Under the pieces are notes generated by a model. The model did not search any database, was not told the DNA's origin, and worked only from the letters and a program-made list of their open reading frames with translations. The translations under genes and the position numbers were made by a program. This document shows positions 44,465-51,918 of a stretch of DNA of 51,918 nt, one piece after another (the stretch's first letter is position 1; every line of letters starts with the position of its first letter). The stretch is from an uncultured bacterium (GTDB taxonomy: Bacteria; Abyssobacteria; SURF-5), in the NCBI GenBank assembly GCA_964510165.1, contig CAZEBC010000001.1:29307-81224 (forward strand). The letters run 5' to 3'.

Positions 44465-45250
44465 ATGCCTTACCAATACATACTCCTCGAAAAAAAAGAC
44501 GCCGTCGCCACTATCACCCTTAACCGCCCCGAAAAACTCAACGCGCTCAGCCCCGCCCTCTACCGAGAACTCTACGACGCGCTCCGCGACGCGGACGCCG
44601 ACGACTCCATCCGCGTCATCATCCTCACCGGCGGCACAAATGTCTTCGCCGCCGGCGCCGACCTCGAGGCCATGGCCTCGGCCGGACCTACCGTCATAGA
44701 CCAGATGAAGTCCCGCTTCGGACCCGAAAATCCCTTCGACTACATCGAACAGACCGGGAAGCCCGTCATCGCCGCCGTCGCAGGCTACGCGCTCGGAGGC
44801 GGCTGCGAACTCGCCATGTGCTGCGACCTGCGCATCGCCGCCGACACCGCCCAGTTCGGACAGCCCGAAATCCGCGTCGGACTCATCCCCGGCGCAGGCG
44901 GCACCCAGCGCCTCCCCCGCCTCATCGGCATGACGAAGGCCAAAGAACTCATCATGACCGGCGATTTCATCAAGGCCGACGAAGCCCACCGACTCGGCCT
45001 CGTCAACAAGGTCGTCCCCGCCGACTCGCTCATGGACGAAGCCCGCAAACTCGCCCAAAAGCTCGCCCAACGGCCACCCTTCGGCCTGCGCCTCGCCAAG
45101 ATGGTCATGAACCTCGGCGCCACCCGCGACCTCCAGGCTGGCCTCGCGCTCGAACGCGAAGCCTTCTCCATGCTCTTCGCTACCGAAGACCAGAAAGAAG
45201 GCGTCCGCGCCTTCACCGAAAAACGCAAACCCGACTTCAAAGGCAAATGA
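44465..45250 (+). CDS. enoyl-CoA hydratase/isomerase (crotonase)
   Basis: AGGAG RBS before ATG 44465. ITLNRPEKLNAL, FAAGADL, GYALGGGCELAMCCDLRIAADTAQFGQPEIRVGLIPGAGGTQRL, EGVRAFTEKRKPDFKG. Confidence 0.9.
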   Translation: MPYQYILLEKKDAVATITLNRPEKLNALSPALYRELYDALRDADADDSIRVIILTGGTNVFAAGADLEAMASAGPTVIDQMKSRFGPENPFDYIEQTGKPVIAAVAGYALGGGCELAMCCDLRIAADTAQFGQPEIRVGLIPGAGGTQRLPRLIGMTKAKELIMTGDFIKADEAHRLGLVNKVVPADSLMDEARKLAQKLAQRPPFGLRLAKMVMNLGATRDLQAGLALEREAFSMLFATEDQKEGVRAFTEKRKPDFKGK

Positions 45251-45258
45251 CCGTAGCC

Positions 45259-45273
45259 GCGCACGGCATGCGC
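45259..45273. repeat. GCGCA-CGGCA-TGCGC hairpin, copy 2
   Basis: See 43871-43887. Confidence 0.5.
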
Positions 45274-45415
45274 CCTCGCCGCAGCGCCGCCACGAACGGA
45301 CCTACCCGCAGATTTCTTCGTCCTCCGTCCTTTTTCTTCCTTCGCCCCCTTCAGGAACGCTTTAGTTCACTTTAGGCTCTTTAGCTCACTCTAGTCACTC
45401 TGAATAGGCGCCGCT

Positions 45416-46630
45416 CTATGTCGCCCGGCGCCGTGAGAACATGATAAAGACGCCGATGCCCACCAGGCCAAGCGCGACGCCGTAGTAGAAGACCGCCTGC
45501 ACGCCGGCGAGGTCCATCACTACGCCCGAGGTCAGCGCGCCGAACAGCATGCCGAAGCCCATTGCCGCGTCGTACAGGCCCATCATAGACGCCATCTCGT
45601 AATCGCGCCCCACCTGCACGTTAATTGCGAGGATGGACGGCATCGAGAGGCCGCCCGCGACCCCCGCCGCGAGACCGACCACCAGAAGCTGCGGAAAACC
45701 CGTGACGAACGGGAAAAGCGCGAAGGTAAGCGTGGCCAGTATCTCCCCCAGCAAGACGATCCGGATTCGGTCGAACCGGTCCGCCAGAATCCCGGACGGA
45801 TACTGCACCACGGCGGCGGTCACGATGAACGCGCTTATCATCAGGCCCATGTGCGTCTTGGTCAGATGAATGTAATCGGCGAACACCGGCAAGAACGCCA
45901 TGATGATCGCGCGCCTGACTGCGCTGCCGGCGCGGATCGTGAGGAGGCCCTTTATCATATTGTTGGAAACCATGTCGCGGAACGTGGGCGGCGCCGTCTC
46001 ATCGCTCCGGCGGCTGGGTCGCATGTCGGGAAGAAACACGAGCACGAGCGCCGACGCCGCCAGACCCAGCAGGAACAGCGACCAGAACGTCGAGCGTATT
46101 CCGAACGCATCGGCAAGCCGTCCGCCCATATACGGTCCGACACCCATGCCCACGAAAATGGAGAGGTTGGCGAAACTCATCTGCCTGCCTTCCTCGCCCG
46201 ACGCGGTGAGGTCGCCGATGTAGGCGAACGCTATCGGGACCACCAGCGCCGACGACAGCCCGTGCGCCAGGCGCAGGACGGCCAGATGATACACATTCGT
46301 CGCCGCGATGTATCCGAACGACAGGGCCGTATACGCGCAGAGCCCTCCGAAGAGAAACCACTTCCTGCCAAATCGGTCCGACACCCGCCCGAAGACCGGC
46401 GTGAAGATCATGCGGGTCGTCGCGAATGAGGCGAAGATGATCCCCAGCCACACGCCCGACGCGCCCATCTGCTGGGCGTACACCGGCATGAGCGGCGCGA
46501 TGATGCCGACGCCTATCATCGTGGTCGCGATAGCGATGAAGATGACGATCTTCGATATCGCGACCGTCCTCGGCTTAAAAACGGCGGGAATCTCGATCCT
46601 TTCCTCGACATCCAATCCCGGGGTGCTCAT
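45416..46630 (-). CDS. MFS transporter
   Basis: 404 aa, about 12 hydrophobic helices, MFS loop 2-3 motif GRVSDRFGRK and its repeat ADRFDRIR. Confidence 0.88.
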   Translation of the reverse strand: MSTPGLDVEERIEIPAVFKPRTVAISKIVIFIAIATTMIGVGIIAPLMPVYAQQMGASGVWLGIIFASFATTRMIFTPVFGRVSDRFGRKWFLFGGLCAYTALSFGYIAATNVYHLAVLRLAHGLSSALVVPIAFAYIGDLTASGEEGRQMSFANLSIFVGMGVGPYMGGRLADAFGIRSTFWSLFLLGLAASALVLVFLPDMRPSRRSDETAPPTFRDMVSNNMIKGLLTIRAGSAVRRAIIMAFLPVFADYIHLTKTHMGLMISAFIVTAAVVQYPSGILADRFDRIRIVLLGEILATLTFALFPFVTGFPQLLVVGLAAGVAGGLSMPSILAINVQVGRDYEMASMMGLYDAAMGFGMLFGALTSGVVMDLAGVQAVFYYGVALGLVGIGVFIMFSRRRAT

Positions 46631-46754
46631 CCTCGCATTATACCATTATCGGTCGAATCTCCTATCCCTCTTCCTGTTTTGAGGGCATAATGAATCAGGA
46701 TAAATGCGGCAATGAAGGCAATATCTAGCTATCTTTAGAAGGCAGGCGAATCCA

Positions 46755-47096
46755 ATGGCTATTCGAGATCCCCTATCGCAGTATTGGAAAAGAAATCGGC
46801 ATTTCATCGTCGAGTCGAGGGACGAATATCGAGAAGCGATGGAAGCCAAACTGCGCGAGCTGACCGAGAGAATAGCGAGGCTGAAGGCGAAGGAAGCCGC
46901 CGCTCGCGACCAGGGAATCGCGGAGATATACCGTGAGCAGCTCGAGGGCTTGCACAAGTCGCGCGTGACCCTGCGCGGCGCGTTGCAGGAGATCGATATG
47001 GCGACCGACGAGGAATGGAAAACTCTGAGGGCCGGATGGGATGAGCTCTTGAGGGACGTTCAGGGAACGTTAGATCGTTTTGCTTTGAGCTTCTGA
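46755..47096 (+). CDS. hypothetical coiled-coil protein
   Basis: 113-aa ORF, charged and helical (EAKLRELTERIARLKAKEAAARDQG...). No family recognised and no clear RBS. Confidence 0.45.
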   Translation: MAIRDPLSQYWKRNRHFIVESRDEYREAMEAKLRELTERIARLKAKEAAARDQGIAEIYREQLEGLHKSRVTLRGALQEIDMATDEEWKTLRAGWDELLRDVQGTLDRFALSF

Positions 47097-47165
47097 ACCG
47101 TTTCAAGAACTCAAGAACTCTCGCAAGCTGAAACGCGGCCCCCAAAGAGTGTATACTATCCTTGT

Positions 47166-49847
47166 ATGATTCCTCAGTATGTGAAGCGGTTTCTGCGGCG
47201 TACGGTTGGTCCCCTTTCTCTCCTGGACGATCCCGCAAGCCTTGCACTTTATTCCTATGATTCATCGCTCCACACCGGCTCGCCCGAGTTGGTGGTGTTG
47301 CCTCGCACGACCGGACAGGTGGCCGATATCGTCAAGACGCTTTACGCGGAGCGAATTCCCTACCTCGCGCGAGGGGCGGGCACCAACCTCAGCGGCGGCT
47401 CGACGGCAGTGAGGGGCGGCGTCGTCATCGGGCTTTCTCGTATGAAGCGAATCCTCGGCATCGATCCTGAGAGTTTCTGTGCCCGGGTCGAGCCGGGCCT
47501 GACCAACCTTGAGTTTCAGGAGTCGCTCGCGCGGCGCGGCTATTTCTTTGCGCCCGACCCGGCCAGCCAGAAGGTCTCCACGCTCGGCGGGAACGTCGCC
47601 GAGAATTCCGGCGGGCCGCGCTGCCTGAAATATGGCGTCACCACAAACCACATTCTCGGCCTCAAGCTTGTCGCGCCCGACGGCGAAGTCATCGAACTCG
47701 GCGCCGAAACGCCCGACGCGCCCGGCTACGACCTGCTGGGGCTGTTCGTCGGCTCCGAGGGCACGCTCGGGATAGCGACCGAAATCGTGTGCCGAATCCT
47801 GCCCTTGCCGCGCGCGGTCAGAACGATGCTCGCCATCTTCGATTCGACCGACCATGCCAGCCAGACCGTCTCCGACATCATCGCCGCCGGAATCATTCCC
47901 GCAACCCTCGAGCTGATGGACAAGATGGTGATTCGCGCGGTCGAGCAGGCGCTCCACGCCGGCTATCCGACCGACGCGGCGGCCGTCCTCATCATCGAAG
48001 TGGATGGAATTCCAGAAGGCCTCGAGGAAACCGTCCGGCACGTCGGACGCATATGCAAAGAGAATTCGGTTCGCGAGGTCCGCATTGCCGGAGACGAACG
48101 CGAGCGGGAGCACTTGTGGGCGGGCAGGCGTGGCGCGTTCGGGGCAATCACGCGGCTCTTCCCCAACTATTTGGTCTCCGACGGGACCGTCCCTCGGACC
48201 AAGCTGCCCGAGGTTCTGCGAAAGGTCGCCGAGATTGGCCGAAAATATGAGGTGCCCGTGGGGAACGTGTTTCACGCGGGCGACGGTAATCTGCATCCGC
48301 TGCTCCTTTTCGATTCGCGCAATTCCGCGGAACTCGACCGCGTTCATCGCGCCGGCAACGAAATCCTCGAGGCCTGCGCGGCGGCGGGCGGCACCATCAC
48401 GGGCGAGCACGGAGTCGGTTCCGAGAAGATCAGCGCCATGCATCTTGTATTCGGCCCGGCCGAGATCGAACTCATGCGACGCATAAAGTCAGCGCTCGAC
48501 CCCGCGGACCTGTGCAATCCCGGAAAGATTCTGCCCGAACCTGCGCCTCAGCAGAAGAGCGCATGTGGGCCTGCGGACGGCGCGCACAATTACTCATCCA
48601 CGTATCAGGAAAGGCCTCTCTACTTACCTGAGAGCCCTGACGAACTCTGCCGGCTCGTCACACATCTCGCGCAAAGCAAGAAGACGATGACCGCAGTCGG
48701 CGCGCGGACGCTGTTTCCGTTTCTGCCGTCCAGGGGCTCGCCCGACGCTTTCATTCAAACCACGCGGATGAAATCAATCGTCGAATACGATCCCGACAAC
48801 CTCACCGTCACTGCGCAGGCCGGACTGTCGCTCGGTGAACTGCAAGCGAGCCTGGCCGAGTCGGGCCTGTTCCTGCCGCTGGATGCGCCGCCGCAAGCCA
48901 CGCTCGGGGGTATCGCGGCGTCTGGCGTGTCCGGTCCGCGCCGCCATTTGTATGGTTCGGTCCGCGATCTCGTGCTCGGCCTCAAGTTCATCACGGCCTC
49001 GGGCGAACTGCTCAAAGCGGGCGGCAAGACCGTGAAGAATGTGGCCGGCTACGATTACGGCAAGCTGCTGCTCGGCTCATGGGGGAAACTCGGAATCATC
49101 GTGGAACTGACGTTCCGTCTGCTTCCGCTGCCGAAACGGAGCGACACATTGTTTGCTCGATTCGATACCGCCGAAACCGCATACCGGGCCGCCGCCCGCA
49201 TAATCGCGTCGCGCCTCAACCCGTCGTTTGTCTCGCTGCTCGACGAGCAGGCCGCTTGCCGGCTGAGCGGCCTCTTGCCGCCGGGTATTCCCGAAGAATG
49301 GCCGACCGGCGCGCATCTCGTCGTCCTGGGGGCCGAGGGCGCCGACGCGGCAGTCGAGAGCCACGTGGCGGAGATGGAGCGCGCCTGCAAAGAGATGTCG
49401 GGACAAGTCTCGTCATCCTTCTCGCCCCCTTATCATTCGCTTGTATCGGCCTTGACCTCGCTCGGATATCCTAACGAAGCGGGAGGCCCATCACTGCTTG
49501 TTCGCATTAATCTGCCGCCCGGCGAAACCCTGCGTTGCCTGGCCGGGATTCAGAACGTTCGGGCCGGCCTCGGCGTAATTCCGGCAACCGCCGTTCATGT
49601 CGCCGCCGGAATCGCATATGTCCGGTTCTCGAAATCAGGCGCGGTGAACCTGGAGGGCACGCCGGAGAAGATCGTGCAGGCGCTTGCGCGGCTGCATCGG
49701 ACCAGTCTCATTGTGCTTGGTGTCACTGAAAGTTCAGGCAACACGCCGTTCATTCTCGGAAATCGGACGCCGGCATCCTGGCTTCGAGCCATAAAGAAAT
49801 GTTTCGATCCGGACGGCCTCATGAATCCGTCGCTACTGCAATGGTAG
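47166..49847 (+). CDS. FAD-linked oxidase, fused GlcD-like and GlcE-like modules (glycolate oxidase / D-2-hydroxyacid dehydrogenase type)
   Basis: aa 1 to about 455 form a full GlcD-type module (ARGAGTNLSGG; FAD-oxidase C-domain ITGEHGVGSEK; ends DPADLCNPGKILP). A linker of about 30 aa follows. A second PCMH-type FAD module resembles GlcE (TAVGARTLFP..., VKNVAGYDYGKLLLGSWG..., ends FDPDGLMNPSLLQW). Confidence 0.85.
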   Translation: MIPQYVKRFLRRTVGPLSLLDDPASLALYSYDSSLHTGSPELVVLPRTTGQVADIVKTLYAERIPYLARGAGTNLSGGSTAVRGGVVIGLSRMKRILGIDPESFCARVEPGLTNLEFQESLARRGYFFAPDPASQKVSTLGGNVAENSGGPRCLKYGVTTNHILGLKLVAPDGEVIELGAETPDAPGYDLLGLFVGSEGTLGIATEIVCRILPLPRAVRTMLAIFDSTDHASQTVSDIIAAGIIPATLELMDKMVIRAVEQALHAGYPTDAAAVLIIEVDGIPEGLEETVRHVGRICKENSVREVRIAGDEREREHLWAGRRGAFGAITRLFPNYLVSDGTVPRTKLPEVLRKVAEIGRKYEVPVGNVFHAGDGNLHPLLLFDSRNSAELDRVHRAGNEILEACAAAGGTITGEHGVGSEKISAMHLVFGPAEIELMRRIKSALDPADLCNPGKILPEPAPQQKSACGPADGAHNYSSTYQERPLYLPESPDELCRLVTHLAQSKKTMTAVGARTLFPFLPSRGSPDAFIQTTRMKSIVEYDPDNLTVTAQAGLSLGELQASLAESGLFLPLDAPPQATLGGIAASGVSGPRRHLYGSVRDLVLGLKFITASGELLKAGGKTVKNVAGYDYGKLLLGSWGKLGIIVELTFRLLPLPKRSDTLFARFDTAETAYRAAARIIASRLNPSFVSLLDEQAACRLSGLLPPGIPEEWPTGAHLVVLGAEGADAAVESHVAEMERACKEMSGQVSSSFSPPYHSLVSALTSLGYPNEAGGPSLLVRINLPPGETLRCLAGIQNVRAGLGVIPATAVHVAAGIAYVRFSKSGAVNLEGTPEKIVQALARLHRTSLIVLGVTESSGNTPFILGNRTPASWLRAIKKCFDPDGLMNPSLLQW

Positions 49848-51187
49848 ACGCAACCGACAAATACCGGGAACTTTCGGAACTCGCGCACGAGATCAGCCGA
49901 TGCGGCAGATGCGGTTTCTGCCAGAGCGTGTGCCCGGTGTATCACGTCTCGGGGCTTGAGGGCTCGGTCGCGCGCGGCCGCAACATGTTCGCCAAAGCGC
50001 TCGCCTCCGGCGGCCTTGAGCTGGCGCGAGAGAACGAGACCCTCTTCTCGGAATGCCTCCTGTGCCGCGCGTGCGTGGATGCCTGTTTTTCGAGCGTCAA
50101 GACCGACGAGATCGTCGTCGCCGGAAGACGGGCGCGAGGGCGCATCTGCGGCGTGCCGCCGTTCCATAAATACGTGTTCGAGCGACTCCTGCTGGACCAT
50201 CGCAGGCTCGGCAGGCTTGTGCGGCTTGCACGAGCGGGGCGGCCGGCGGCTCGCACAGCGGCCTCGGCCCTGCGGATGTTCGGCTGGTTTCCCGCCCTTG
50301 ACCGCACGGCCGAATTCATGGCGCAAGTCCCCGCCGAATCATTCCGCGAGCGCCTTACGCGTAAGGGCGGTTCGCGAACCGTCCTTACAGGGGCAAGCAC
50401 GGTCAGCGCAACGCTTTTCATCGGATGCGGCACGAACTTCATGTTTCCGGACGCGGGTGAAGCTACGGTTTCCATTCTTGACGCGCTCGGTTATCGGGTG
50501 GCCGTAGTCGAGCACGGATGCTGCGGGCTGCCCGCATACTCGCACGGAGCGCTCGATGCGGCTGTTCGTTTGGCAGTGTCGAACATCAGCCGTTTCACGC
50601 AGACGGAAGGCCCTATCGTGACCGACTGCTCCAGTTGCGCATATTTCCTCAAGGAATATCCCCGGCTCCTTTCTCTCGGCAAAGCCGACGACGAGACGCT
50701 TGCCGAGGCCCAAACATTCACCTCGCGCGTGCGTGACATAACCGAGTTGCTGCCCGAATTGACGGCCGCTAATTTGGGAACACGATGCGGCACGATGTCC
50801 CCGAATTACGGTGGGATGCACCCCCGCCGCACTGTTGACCTCCGCGTTACCTTCCATGAGCCGTGCCACCTCGGGAGAGGCCAGCGACTCGGCTCACTCG
50901 CCCGCACCGTGTTTTCGTGGCTGCCCGTCGAGTACGTCGAGATGAAGGAGGCCGCCTGGTGTTGCGGAGGCGCGGGCGCGTTTGCCCTTGAGCACGCCGA
51001 CCTGTCGCTCAAGATTCTCGACAGAAAGCTTGAGAATTTCCGCGCGACCGGGGCGCAGGTCCTTGTCACCACATGCCCATCCTGTCTGATGCAACTCCGC
51101 TCCGGTCTCGCGCGCCTTGCCACTTCCGCCCGCGTGATGCATCTGACGGAGTTGGTCCGACACTGCAAGTTAAAGTTGGTCGAGTGA
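49841..51187 (+). CDS. glcF: glycolate oxidase iron-sulfur subunit GlcF-like ((Fe-S)-binding protein with CCG domains)
   Basis: Two ferredoxin-type motifs (CGRCGFCQSVCP, CLLCRACVDAC) and two Cys-rich CCG-like segments (GCCGLP, WCCGGAG, TTCPSC). ATG 49841 overlaps the stop of the upstream gene (ATGGTAG). Confidence 0.88.
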   Translation: MVDATDKYRELSELAHEISRCGRCGFCQSVCPVYHVSGLEGSVARGRNMFAKALASGGLELARENETLFSECLLCRACVDACFSSVKTDEIVVAGRRARGRICGVPPFHKYVFERLLLDHRRLGRLVRLARAGRPAARTAASALRMFGWFPALDRTAEFMAQVPAESFRERLTRKGGSRTVLTGASTVSATLFIGCGTNFMFPDAGEATVSILDALGYRVAVVEHGCCGLPAYSHGALDAAVRLAVSNISRFTQTEGPIVTDCSSCAYFLKEYPRLLSLGKADDETLAEAQTFTSRVRDITELLPELTAANLGTRCGTMSPNYGGMHPRRTVDLRVTFHEPCHLGRGQRLGSLARTVFSWLPVEYVEMKEAAWCCGGAGAFALEHADLSLKILDRKLENFRATGAQVLVTTCPSCLMQLRSGLARLATSARVMHLTELVRHCKLKLVE

Positions 51188-51206
51188 ATTCGACCCTACG
51201 GTTATT

Positions 51207-51278
51207 GGGTTACCAGGTTGTGCGAACGAATTCGCACCCACAGGGTTACCGAGTTGTCCGAATAGGTTCGGACCCACA
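51207..51278. repeat. two tandem 36-nt units, each carrying a REP-like hairpin
   Basis: Unit 1 (51207-51242) is gggttaccaggttGTGCGAAcgaaTTCGCACccaca. Unit 2 (51243-51278) is gggttaccgagttGTCCGAAtaggTTCGGACccaca. They start 20 nt after the glcF stop. Confidence 0.65.
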
Positions 51279-51888
51279 GAGTCTTCGGGTTCTTTTCGCC
51301 TTTTTCCCTTTGCCCTTTTCCCCTGTTTGAAAGGCTTGGTGTTCCGGCGCCGGAGCGACAACTTGCCGTTGACGGCAAGTCGCCGCTTTCTGGCACTTCG
51401 CGCGCTGAGCGCGCAGTTGGAGACAGCAGACACGAGGGGACCGCCCCGAGGGAGTCCCGGGGCGTAAGCCCGGACTTTTTCTCCGAGAGGCGGCCATCAG
51501 TGTCGGCTTTGTCCACGATCGTTTCAAGTGAGCGTCTCCTTTGTGACGTTCGTGGAATCGCGATTCCGTGCCAGCAAGGCCTATTGGGCGGTCCCGTCGA
51601 GCCGCCGGTAACGGCGCATCCCGCGTCTCACGGGACCCCTACAATTTGCTGATCTTGGGAATAGTAAAGCATAGGGGGTTGAATTGGTCAACGCCGTTTG
51701 TGTTAACGGAAATTTCGAAAGTCAGAAGAGCTTGAAAGGATTGAAAGAACCATTTCACCATGTAAATAGAGACTCGGACAGATTCTTCTTTTCAACGAGC
51801 GACCAGAAACCGTTCTTCATTGTTTCTTCTTGTTTCTCCAGCAAGACGATTTATTCATGAAAAAACCCGAAGTGACGCGAAAGAAAGG

Positions 51889-51905
51889 GCAGGCAAGATG
51901 CCTGC
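51889..51905. repeat. GCAGGC..GCCTGC-GCT hairpin (second copy of the inner hairpin of repeat A)
   Basis: gcaggca-aga-tgcctgc followed by gct, compare gcaggct-gga-agcctgc-gct at 3161-3180. Confidence 0.4.
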
Positions 51906-51918
51906 GCTCCTTTCGGCC

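Noticed and set aside
51207-51278. 36-nt direct repeats considered as a minimal CRISPR array
   Set aside because: The two units are directly adjacent with no spacer, they differ at several positions, no cas genes are nearby, and the hairpin core belongs to a dispersed REP-like family (25437, 44426).
51466-51484. The minus-strand GGAGAAAAAGUCCGGGCUU resembles the universally conserved RNase P RNA P4 5' strand (GAGGAAAGUCCGGGCU)
   Set aside because: The required partner strand (ACAGAAxCCGGCUUA) is absent downstream; the nearest candidate, AGAACCCGAAGAC at about 51281-51295, cannot pair. The other conserved RNase P blocks (GGUAAGGGUGAAA, GGUAAAC..GGAGCAAG) are not present. The motif instead closes a local hairpin with cccggac.
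51755-51820. 21-codon minus-strand ORF (MKNGFWSLVEKKNLSESLFTW) in the terminal ORF-poor region
   Set aside because: It is too short, the RBS spacing is poor (GGAGAA 13 nt upstream), and I cannot assess conservation. It is not reportable as a gene.
1-51918. Searched for mobile elements, prophage, CRISPR-Cas, toxin-antitoxin pairs, restriction-modification and other defence-type genes, and for rRNA
   Set aside because: No transposase, integrase, recombinase, reverse transcriptase, nuclease/helicase pair, Cas-like protein or rRNA-like sequence was recognisable on either strand. The window reads as a core chromosomal region whose unusual content is regulatory, signalling-related and repeat-related.

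Overview
High-GC, gene-dense chromosomal segment (about 50 CDS, 1 tRNA) from a diderm bacterium (it carries lptC-lptA-lptB). I cannot place the lineage from sequence alone. Content is mostly core metabolism and signalling. Positions 1-15690 are all minus strand: fabH (cut by the window edge), a lipoprotein, a Tat-signal DUF362 protein, an alpha/beta-hydrolase / HExxH protein / membrane protein operon, SCP2, two tandem ArsA/Get3-like ATPases, a membrane-anchored lipase-like hydrolase, then ptsI-ptsH-rapZ-hprK-hpf and lptB-lptA-lptC. The rest holds leucine dehydrogenase, a MenB/BadI-like crotonase, a 1064-aa multi-PAS histidine kinase, an SDR, tRNA-Val(GAC), thrS, aroA, ridA, a penicillin/AHL-acylase-family Ntn hydrolase, a secreted multidomain protein, a RIC (YtfE-like) di-iron protein and a 4-gene two-component operon (2 kinases, 2 receiver proteins, no DNA-binding output). 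It also holds a parvulin PPIase, HEAT-repeat and DUF1573 proteins, a CoA-ester cluster (TPP enzyme, AMACR-like family III CoA-transferase, SCP2, crotonase), an MFS transporter and a glycolate-oxidase-like glcD::glcE fusion plus glcF. I saw no CRISPR array, transposase, integrase, phage gene or recognisable defence gene. Several intergenic regions carry near-consensus sigma70 promoters (TTGACA-17-TATAAT type) and at least five families of short palindromic REP-like repeats. The items most worth follow-up are a CXXCH heme-c motif in the periplasmic domain of the large kinase, a receiver protein fused to a DHp-like domain whose phospho-acceptor His is Gln, the paired ArsA/Get3-like ATPases embedded between lipid-handling genes, the HExxH/membrane-protein operon, the TPP-enzyme/AMACR-like/SCP2/crotonase cluster, and a hairpin-dense ORF-poor 0.7 kb at the 3' end. 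All function calls come from reading motifs by eye; no database search was possible.
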